The notes beneath the pieces are model-generated. The model was not told the origin of the DNA and did no database searches. It saw only the letters and a list, made by a program, of their open reading frames with translations. Positions 44,516 to 54,255 of a stretch of DNA of 64,000 nucleotides are shown piece by piece. The stretch is taken from NCBI GenBank assembly GCA_048213135.1, contig PS015032.1, positions 144,096-208,095 of the forward strand, read 5' to 3'. A program made the position numbers and the translations under genes. Positions within the stretch are counted from its first letter, which is position 1; the number at the start of each line of letters is the position of its first letter. The DNA comes from Reclinomonas americana ATCC 50394 (taxonomy: Eukaryota).

Positions 44516-46192
44516 ATGCCCCGCCGAGCATGCAACGATGTGTTTGTGGCGAGGATGGCCGGCGACGAGGACTCTGTCTTGAGCGAGTTTCGTGTGAGAA
44601 CCGCTCGTGCTCTCCACAGCGGTCCTGATGACGGACTGGACGAGTTCCTTGCGGTGGCCAGCGAGGCGCAGGCAGTCATGGAGAAGCTTCCGAGCGACCA
44701 CCCGTATCACCTGATGCCAGACCTGCTGCTGTACACCACGGGGCCATCCTCGCCCTACCACTTCCAGATGCGGAACATGCTGGCGATGTGTTTCAAGAAG
44801 GCGTCGTGTGGCGCCCACACCGGTCACCCCCCGAGCAACCACAGCGGCTACTACCTGGTGGGACCCAGGGGGATCGGCAAGAGCAATCTTCTGCGAACGT
44901 GCTGCATGATCGCCGGCGTGCTGTTGCCCAACTTTTCTGCGGCCTTCGTCGACTACGCCACTGTAATGCCGTCGGTACCCGTCGCCGACGTGGCGGCATT
45001 GGCGTTGCATCAACTGCTCGACACGGGCGAACCGCCCCTCACAGGGCGCAGCATGAGCGAGATTCGCTCGACGGCGGCCGCCGCCAACATCTCCCTCGGC
45101 CTGTTTGTGAACGAGGCGCAGCACATTTACGAAGGCACGCAGTGGCGCGCTCTCCACAGCTGCCTTACCAACTTTGGCGACGCCGTCTTTCTCAGTGGGA
45201 GCGACTGCCGTCTGCCATTGTTTGTGCGAGGATCGCTGTTGGACCAGGCGATCATCAAGTGCCTCGGCCACAAGGTGTTGGACTCACTCAACGACACCAA
45301 GTGCACGCCCATGTACCTGTCTGGGCTCATTACGATCGACCACTACTGTACGATCCTGGACAACCGTCCAGCGTTGCAGCGGTTCTTCTTCTTCGAGTAC
45401 TGCAAGCTTCCGATCAAGACTAAGGACATTCCTGGACACGAAAACGTCATCACAGCGATGCACACCATTTTTGGTGGCCGCATCCGCGCACTCACGAGCC
45501 AAGGCGGGGAGGAGGAGGACGAGAGTGCCTTCGAGCTGCCGGGCGACAGCGATCACCTGGCCGTGTTCAACAGCTGCTTTGTTGAACCGATCACTGCGCG
45601 TGGCTTTGATCCGTTCAACCTGCCGGTGGTACCCGAGGAGCGGCTGGTCGAGCGCTGCCCCCCTGGGCGCGTGGGTGAGATCTTCACAGCTCTGCTGGAA
45701 GGTCGCTACATCCGCCGTGTGCCGACCGGGCTGCAGCTGCACTCCACTGCGGTGTATGTGTCGGCCACACGTCGGATGCCGGTCGTCTGCATCTCCTACG
45801 CCGTGTCCGACGGGTCGGGGGCCGCTGATCAGCTGCGAAAGCTGCTGCGCCCCGCCAAGGGCATCAAGTGGGACGAGCAGCACGCACATTCGCTGCTGCC
45901 GACTCACTCGCGGCACATTCTGATACTGACGCCTGACTATTGCAAACGAGTGGAGCAAGACGACTCTGGCTGCGCCGCGGAATTCAACGCCGTGATGGAC
46001 CTGGTGTCCAGCTCGCCGCAGGAGCTCCGTGACAAGGTGACGGTTGTTGTCCACGACAGTGAGCAGTGGGCAGCTGTCAAGACGCCCTTTGTGGAGAGCA
46101 AGCTCAGGCACGCCTTTGGCGAGCTGCCGGTGATGTTTCCGCTGCGTGAGGCGGCTGGTGCGGTGGTGGTCAGAGTATTGCGCAGAATGTGA
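44516..46192 (+). CDS. P-loop (STAND/AAA-like) NTPase fused to a C-terminal TIR_2/SEFIR-like domain; upstream exons possible
   Basis: Walker A YLVGPRGIGKS (44861-44884) and Walker B-like LFVNEAQ (~45101). C-terminal PVVCISYA…ILILTPDYCKR…SGCAAEF matches the TIR/SEFIR pattern. Uninterrupted exon, with a possible splice acceptor at 44497. Confidence 0.8.
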   Translation: MPRRACNDVFVARMAGDEDSVLSEFRVRTARALHSGPDDGLDEFLAVASEAQAVMEKLPSDHPYHLMPDLLLYTTGPSSPYHFQMRNMLAMCFKKASCGAHTGHPPSNHSGYYLVGPRGIGKSNLLRTCCMIAGVLLPNFSAAFVDYATVMPSVPVADVAALALHQLLDTGEPPLTGRSMSEIRSTAAAANISLGLFVNEAQHIYEGTQWRALHSCLTNFGDAVFLSGSDCRLPLFVRGSLLDQAIIKCLGHKVLDSLNDTKCTPMYLSGLITIDHYCTILDNRPALQRFFFFEYCKLPIKTKDIPGHENVITAMHTIFGGRIRALTSQGGEEEDESAFELPGDSDHLAVFNSCFVEPITARGFDPFNLPVVPEERLVERCPPGRVGEIFTALLEGRYIRRVPTGLQLHSTAVYVSATRRMPVVCISYAVSDGSGAADQLRKLLRPAKGIKWDEQHAHSLLPTHSRHILILTPDYCKRVEQDDSGCAAEFNAVMDLVSSSPQELRDKVTVVVHDSEQWAAVKTPFVESKLRHAFGELPVMFPLREAAGAVVVRVLRRM

Positions 46193-46213
46193 TTTTGGAT
46201 GAGGCTATGAACT

Positions 46214-46579
46214 GTGAAGCGTATGACGCATCGGTATAGAGTGGCCAAACGTGTGCCAACGATCGTAACAAGTCCGGAGTGTGTGCTGGTGGAAATTCGA
46301 AACCCGGCAACCCGACAAAGCATTTTTTCTGAAGCACACACGCTGTGCCCTCCGCCGGCAACCTGCGATGTTCTTGCTGTGCGTGGCCTCATGTTCACCA
46401 CAAGTGCACGATTGCTTGTCGCCATTCCGGACATGATGGTCGGTTCTGCCGTGATTGAACACCCCAATGACAAGTTTTATCTGACGTTTGCATTCCCGTG
46501 TGAGAGGATACATCACACAGGAGACCTGCTGCAACAATGGATCACGACACTGACCGGAGGACTCAGCGTGAATCGTTGA
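46214..46579 (+). CDS. Small hypothetical ORF between the NTPase-TIR gene and the coiled-coil paralog
   Basis: 121-aa ORF of non-repetitive, globular-looking sequence. Overlaps the start of the 46537 ORF in another frame. No recognisable motif. Confidence 0.3.
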   Translation: MKRMTHRYRVAKRVPTIVTSPECVLVEIRNPATRQSIFSEAHTLCPPPATCDVLAVRGLMFTTSARLLVAIPDMMVGSAVIEHPNDKFYLTFAFPCERIHHTGDLLQQWITTLTGGLSVNR

Positions 46580-48609
46580 AAGCGGCTGTGCAAGAACGGT
46601 TTGACGAATGCGACAGGCTGGAAGACGAGCTGCGTCAGTTGACTAATCAAGTACAACAACTGCTGGCGGAACGTGATGAGGCCATCAACGAGCTTGAGCA
46701 TGTTCATGCAGAGAAGGAGGAGGCGACTTTCCAAGTTCAGCAGCTTACGGCGGAGCGAGACGAGGCCAACAAGCAGATCAAGCATCTTCAACAGGCTTTT
46801 GAGGCGGTCACTCAGATTTGTGATGAATTGCGGGGCGGCATGGTGGCTCTGGAGAGCGATCTGCAAGTCGAGCGTGCCGCCACGCTTGCCGCGGAGCGGA
46901 AGTTCGACGCGGAATTCGAAAGCCGCAGCATCACCAGACGCCAGTTGGACGCCGAGGAGGCAGCTCACGATATCACCCAGCGCCAGTTGGACGACGAGAT
47001 GGTAGCTCACAACAACACCACGCTCAAGCTCCAGAGAGCCAAGGGACAACTGCAAGACGCCCTTGCCCGTCTTGACGAGAAGGAGTTGGAGCTTTCCAAG
47101 TCCACCAGCACGATAGGTACCATCACTGGATTCCGCGACCAGCTCAGTCAGGAACTTGCGACTGCCAAGGACACGATCAGTGCACTCAGGTCAGAATGCG
47201 ATCAACTCAGGGCGGACCGTGACCATCTCCGACTGCAAAACGCGGACGCCAACAACAGCATCGACCAACTCGCCGCGAAGTGCAATGAGATCCGCGTCGG
47301 CCTGGCTGCCACGGTGGCACACTGCAACCAGCTGAACAAGGAGCGCGATCAACTCAAGACCGACCTGGCTGCCTCGGTGGCACACTGCAACCAGTTGACC
47401 AGGGGCCATGCGAGCATCACCGCGGAACGCGATCAGCTCCATCACAGGCTAACTGCTTCGGTAGCGAACTGCAAACGACTGACAGCAGAACTTGTCACTG
47501 CCGCCGCAGAACGCGATCGCGATGACCTCCGCGTCAACTTGATCGCCTCGACAGCTGACTGCGATCGCCTTCGATACCAGCTTGCTGAGGCCACCAACAA
47601 CCTGTTCATGACAACAGCGGAGCGAGATCGCCTCGCCGAGCAACTGACGACCATCACCGCCCAACGCGATGCCGCCAAGAAGACCGTCGCGGATTTCATC
47701 ACGCAGGCCCGGCGCGACGTATCCGCGATGCAGCAGGAGATCGACGACGCCCTCACCTCCAACAAACTCGATGCCAACGGCACTCAAGAGACCAGTGGCG
47801 CTTCGTCCTCTGGCAGCAGCCCGGTGCCACCAATCGCCGCAGCAGCCGCGCCAGCAGCAACGACGCCCACCGACATCGTCGTCACCCCTCAGCCACCGGT
47901 ATCACCGCGTCCGATGCGCCCCGACGACCGAGAGCTCCCAGAACGATCGCAACAGCACAACGCCAGCTGGATGACGCAGTACAGCGACGACCCGCAGAGC
48001 AACACCAACATCCTCGTCGTCGCCTGCGAGGCCCAGCGACCACTCCAACGTGCCATTGCGCAGACTCTGCAAATGGCCGGTGGCCTTGTGCAGGGTCGCC
48101 GTTTCGTATTCACACCGATGGAGCAGTGCACGCCGGCCGACCTCAAACGGCACCAGTGCATCGTGTATTGCCACCGCGCCGAACAGCATCGTGTGACGCC
48201 AGTGGAGATTCGCGACTCGGCCATGTCTGTTGGAGGTGAGTGGCAGCGGGAATGGAGGGGGTTAGCTGAACAGTCGCTCATGACTATCCCCCCGCGCAGT
48301 CGACGTGGAGCAAGACCGCGTCCTCGTGCTGGTGGTGACACCCAAGAGCGGCACCATCGACCTCCCTGACATGGTGCGCTGTTTGAAATACGGCCTCGAG
48401 AAGGACCGCGGCACGCCAGACTTCGTGCGGTTCGACTCTCGCGTGTCGGTGCTCGTCGAGGAGCGGGAGACTCGAGTTGCGCTGCTGCCCCACACTCACC
48501 AACCACTGCCCCTCACTCACTCGTGTGTACTCCACAGACAATTGCCCGAGATGAACTGGTGCAGTTTGTGCGTTCCGCGGTGGTGCCGGTACTGCCGGAG
48601 AGAGAGTAA
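46537..48609 (+). CDS. Shorter paralog of the 29412 gene: coiled coil plus C-terminal alpha/beta domain, lacking the CBM48-like N-terminus
   Basis: Near-identical C-terminus (ASWMTQYSDDPQSNTNILVVACEAQRPLQR…QCIVYCHRAE…VDVEQDRVLVLVVTPKSG…PERE*) with the same two introns. Last exon 48538-48609. Confidence 0.85.
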
Positions 48610-48885
48610 GTGAGAAGTGAGAATGCTGTGTGCAGTGAAACAGCCAGCCATGTACACACCTTTGCTGTCCACCGTCCCCATTCTCCCCTTGCACACGTCT
48701 GCGCACTGCAGACAATTGCCCGAGATGAACTGGTGCAGTTTGTGCTGCGGTTAGGAGAAAACAAGTGTTGGGAGAACTTCACAAAAAGACGGAATTTGAC
48801 TCACCTTTGCCGACATCCTTTCCTTCCGTGCAATCAATCTCTGTCGTTCTCGTATACAACAATCTACTTACATCCTTTCCGCATT

Positions 48886-49055
48886 CTACGACGCCTCAGG
48901 ACTCGCGATATTCAAGATTACTGGTAATGATCCAACGCACCTGCCAGTACGATCCTCTAATATTAGTTCAACACCACACTATCCCACAACAAACAAATGG
49001 GAGTCTCACCGACAAACGCCAACTCCGCACAGAGCCCCAACACGCCCACGGCCGA
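48886..49055 (-). pseudogene. Decayed copy of the last two exons of the amino-acid transporter
   Basis: Encodes …VILNIASPEAS* (original …VILNIVSPEAS*) and retains gcgtttgtcg|gtgag, with deletions. No upstream exons. Confidence 0.75.
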
Positions 49056-49222
49056 GAAATAAGACAGATGGACATGACTGTCCAATCCTTGGCCACCCAC
49101 CCTTATCACCTCCTCCGCAGCACAGATACAAACGTGCACTGTTGCCTCCCAGACCCTTGACCTCAATCCCCAGTGAAAACACACCCCCTTGACACATACA
49201 CACAAGCAAAGTAACGCTCCGT

Positions 49223-51512
49223 TCACTTCCTTCTCCGATGATGGTGATGGTGATGGCGATGCGACGACGACGACCGATCCTTCTTCCCCCCTTCGCCACC
49301 GTCATCACTGTCGTCATCGTGATGCCGCTGTCGCCGCTGCCGCCGTGCCGACTTTTCCTCCTCACTCCGATGCCGACGCTTGTTGCGCGGACCCTCCTTC
49401 TCCTCGTTGTCATCCTCGTCACGCCTCCGCTTACGACGGCGATGCCTCTTTTCCTTCTCCTCCTCGCTCCCACTCTCCTCCTCCTCGTCCTCCTCCTCAG
49501 CCCCCTCCTTGCCACCCTCCGCCCCCGTCAACTCGCGCTTCCTCCGCATAATCTCCTTCAGCAGCGCCTTGGCCTGCTTGCGCGTGAGCGCACTCAGCAT
49601 CTCGTCACCCTCCTGGTCCGAGTCGACAGTGATCATTTGCTGATTCTCCGAGTCGGCGTGCCGATTGCCACCCATTGGCACAAACGGACGCAGCTCCAGA
49701 CCGGGCTTGCCGCTGGCGTTGCCGCCGACGCCCATTTCGTGCTTTTGCGTGCGAATCAAATTCAGCGGGTCCTCCATGCGCTGCCGCTCGTCATCTGCGG
49801 AAAGCGGGGGAATGGGTAAGAGGAAAAGAGTGATGATGAGAGAAGGAGGATTAGAAATACAAGGAAAGGAAACTCGTGAGAGGAAGGGAGAGACAGAGAG
49901 CGACAGACACACACACAGGAGGAGAAGAGAGAGAAACGGGTGCAGACGAGAGAGGCACGAGGCGGCAGCAGAATGAAGAGGTGAGTGGGGAGATGCTACA
50001 GGGAGAGCAAGCGAGAACAGAGGGAGGAAAGGGGAGAAGAGAGAGAGAGAGGGAGGAACCGAGAGAGTGACTGAGGGTGAGGTAAGGCGCAGCAAGAACA
50101 AATGAGAGCGGAGGGGAATGAGACAGACAGAGCGAAAATGAGAGACTGCACGAGGAAGAGAGTGAGAAGGACACAGTGTGCATGCCGGTAACGTTTAGGC
50201 GTGGAGAATGATGAAGAGCTCGCAGTCATGCTAACAGGCCACGCACACTTCACCTCGAAGGAGAGACGGAAGAAAGAAATAGTGAGAGGAGAAGAGGCTG
50301 ACGAGAGAAGGAGCGGTGACTCACATCAAGAGACAAAAGAGATGGAAACATGTTGAGCATGACAGTAACGTTTAGGCGTGGAGAATGATGAAGAAATCTC
50401 AGTCATCCTAACAGGCCACTCACACATCGCCTGGAAAAGAGAAGCCGACGACAGAAGGAGTGTTGGCCCAATGGTTGAGGATCAGAAACTACAACAAGAG
50501 ACACAAGAAATGGAAACTGACAGCAACGGCGCACAGAATGATGAAGAGATCCATGCTAACGCGCCACTCACACTTCGCCTTGAAAGAAAGAGGGGAGAAA
50601 GGGATGATGGGGAAAGAGTGAGAGGAGAAGAAGGTGACGAGGGAAGGAGGATCAGAAAATACAACAAGAGACAAACGAAAAGGAAACTCGTTGTGCATGA
50701 CGGAGAATGATGAAATGATCATCCTCCACTCACACGCCACTCGCACTTCGCTGTGAAAGAAAGAGGGGAGAAAGGGATGAAGGGGAAAGAGTGAGAGGAG
50801 ATGAAGGTGACGAGGGAAGGATTACAACAAGAAACAAAAGAAAAGTAACTCGTTGTGAGTGACGGTGAATGATGAAGAGATCGCAGTCATGCTACACGGA
50901 GGGTAATCCTTCTCCCACGCCACTCACACTTCACCTTGAAGGAAAGACGAGAGAAAGGGATGATGGGAAAAGAGTGCGAGGAGAAGAAGCTGACGAGAGA
51001 AGGAACGGCGGCTCACAACGAGAGGCAAACGAAAAGGAAATTTGTTCGTGCATGACAAATAATGATGAAGAGATCATCCTCCACTCACACCCCGCTCACA
51101 CTTCGCCTTGAAGTAAAGGAATGATGGGGAAAGAGTGAGAGGAGAAGAAGCCGACGAGAGAAGGAGGATCAGAAAGTACAACAAGAGACAAAAGAAAAAG
51201 AAACTTGTTGTGTATGACAAAGAATGATGAAGAGATCATCCTCCACTCACACCCCACTCCACTTTGCCTTGAAGGAGACAGGAGAAGAAGATGGCGAGAG
51301 AAGGAGCGGTGGCTCGATGGTTGAGGCAGAAACACAACAAGAGATAAACAAAGCATAGGAAGCTCGTTGTGCGTTGAGATCTCACCCATGCTACACGCTT
51401 CGCCCAAATCTCTTCCTCTCCTCCCGCCTCCCCTTCTCCTCACCACCCCTCCTCTCGCCTTTCCNNNNNNNNNNNNNNNNNNNNCAAGAAGGAAACACAC
51501 CTTCATCGCCAT
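49223..51512 (-). CDS. CWC25: Probable pre-mRNA splicing factor CWC25 (middle exons missing, probably in a gap)
   Basis: First exon MAMK|GT (51512-51501) resembles the plant-type CWC25 start MALKFLNKK. Last exon (49794-49223) has RMEDPLNLIR followed by an R/K/E/H-rich tail. Confidence 0.6.
50180..51350. repeat. Intronic degenerate tandem repeat (~170 bp unit)
   Basis: Recurring gaatgatgaagagatc…cactcacacttcgccttgaa…gagtgagaggagaagaag…gacgag. Confidence 0.8.
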
Positions 51513-51634
51513 CTTCGCAAGCACACACACACGCACACACACAAAGTGCGCGCGAGAGGAGAAGCCAAGGAGCGCAGTGTGACAATAGCAAAGTCCCGGC
51601 GCGAGCACTGTCACACGAATGGAAAGATGAAGGA

Positions 51635-51676
<42 letters not shown>

Positions 51677-53725
51677 AGAGAGGGGAGAGAGAGAGGGAGA
51701 GAGAGAGAGCGCGCAAGTGTGCGAGTGACAATTGCAGATAGTCCTTGCGCGAGCACCGTCTGTCACGCAAACACACAAGCGCGTCTCTCCCTTGCGCTCT
51801 CTTCTTCTTACACACTAGCTTTTACACACACGCACACGCACACACAAGAAAATATCGCACGTGAGAAATGCAAAGTCTGTGACAAAGGCGACTGTCCCGA
51901 CGCGAGCACTGTCTGTCAAGCAAACACACGCGCGTTTCTCTCCCTTGCGCTCTCTTCTTCTCACACACGCGCGCATACACGCACACGCACACGCACACAA
52001 GAAAATATCGCACGTGAGAAAAAGCAAAGTGTGTGACAATAGTCGACTGTCACCGCGCGAGTGCAATTGTCACTCACACACTCTCACACACACACAAACA
52101 CGCGCGTGTCTTTCTCTCTTTAACAGGCGCGCACACACACACGCAGAGAGAGCGCGTTACTGTCCACTAGTGCATTGCGTGCACAGAGTTGTGCGCAGGA
52201 AAAGTTCATATTCGCGCTTTTTTCTCTCTCTCTTGTGTGAGAGATTGAGTTTGTGTGTGTGTTTTTTAGTGTGTGTTTTGTGTGTGAGAGAGAGGAATGC
52301 GCGGGCGAACTGTGTCGAGGTTGATTGATTACTTTTGTGTGTTTGGGTATGAGGGAGGTGTGTTGGAGACGTTGGAGCAGAGTGCGCGAGGTGAGTGTGT
52401 CTGTGTGAGAGAGAAGGGGAAGAGAGAGTGTGTGTGAGAGAGAGGGAAAGATGCTTGTGCATTTGTTAAAGTGTGTCCATTTTCCTCTTTCTGTCATTCT
52501 TTCTTTGTTGTTTGCGTTGCGTGCGTTTGTGTGTGTGTGTGTTGTGTGTTTGACTTTGTGTGTGCTTTTGTGTGTGTGTGACTGTGTCGGAGTTTGTGTG
52601 CTCAAACTGCTTGTGTGTTCTTGTAGTCTCTCTCTTGCGCGCGCTCGCAAACTGATTGTGTGTGTGTTGTTCTTCTCTGTGCATTTGTCGCACTTCCCGC
52701 GCTTGCTGTGTTCCTCCCCTCCCGCGTCCATGCAAAGGCATATCGCTCTTTAGCATTTTCTTTCACGCTCTCTCCCTCTCTCCCTCTCCCTCTCTCCTTC
52801 CCTTCCCTCACTCATTCTGCCTCTCTCTCTCTTACGCTTCCTCTGCTTTCCGCTTCTCTGCTGTTGTGATTGACTGACTGGCGCACCAGTCGGTGCTCAA
52901 GCTGCTTCTGTGCCCTCTGCATTGTCTCTCTTGCGCGCGCTCGCAAACTGATTGTGTGTGTTGCTCTCCTTGCTTGCATTCTTCGCACCTCCCGCCCTTG
53001 CTGTGTTCCTCCCCTCCCGCGTCCATGCAAAGGCGAATCACTCTTTGGCATTTTCTTTCACGCTCTCTTCCTCACTCCCTCTCTCCCTCTTCCCGCTCAC
53101 CTTCTCCCGTCTCCCTCGCATTGTGCTTCTCTTTCAATCGCTCCATCCCCCGTCCACCTCCCCCCTCTGACTGCTTGCACGCTGGCTCCCCTTTCATTCT
53201 CTATGTTTATCTCCTTCCTCTCTCTCTCGCTCTCCATTGCCTCTCTGCTCGCTTGCACTCTGACACTCTCCCTTGTCTCATTCCCGCGTTGTTTGGGCGT
53301 CTGTGTTTGTGTCACACTTCGTTTGTCTGTCTTTGACGCTCATGCGCTGTGCGGCGTTATTATCATCGCGTTCCTCTTGTTGTGTTGCGAGAGCTTTTCT
53401 GCTCCACGTATTCCCTCTGTCGTAGGTTGAGTTTCGTGCACGTGTGAGTGAACCATTGCTTCACATGTGACTTGTGTTCAAACTGATTGTGTGTTTGCTC
53501 TCCTTGCTTGCGTTCGTCGCACCTCCGCTCTTGCTGTATTTCTCCCCTCCCGCGTGTTTGCAATGGCTATCGCACTCTGGCATTTTCTTTCGCGCTCTCT
53601 CTCTCTCTCTCTCCCTCTCTCCCTCTCTCCCTTCCTCCCTTCCCCTCTCCCTCCCTTCCCCCTCACCCTCTCTCCCTCCCTTCCCCCCACACCTCTCCAC
53701 CCCTTTCCCTAATCCTTGCCCACAG

Positions 53726-54195
53726 CGGTAAACCCCCTCATCGCCCGCTTCCGCTACTCGATTGTCGACCACTACCCCTTTGAGCAAGTCGACGACACGC
53801 CCATCCCGCCCCCGCTGGCCACCGTTGCGCCCACCCCTTCACCCCTGTCCCCCTTCCCCTTCCTTCTCCCTTAANNNNNNNNNNNNNNNNNNNNNNNNNN
53901 NNNNNNNNNNNNNNNNNNNNNNNNNNNNNNNNNNNNNNNNNNNNNNNNNNNNNNNNNNNNNNNNNNNNNNNNNNNNNNNNNNNNNNNNNNNNNNNNNNNN
54001 NNNNNNNNNNNNNNNNNNNNNNNNNNNNNNNNNNNNNNNNNNNNNNNNNNNNNNNNNNNNNNNNNNNNNNNNNNNNNNNNNNNNNNNNNNNNNNNNNNNN
54101 NNNNNNNNNNNNNNNNNNNNNNNNNNNNNNNNNNNNNNNNNNNNNNNNNNNNNNNNNNNNNNNNNNNNNNNNNNNNNNNNNNNNNNNNNNNNNNN

Positions 54196-54255
<60 letters not shown>

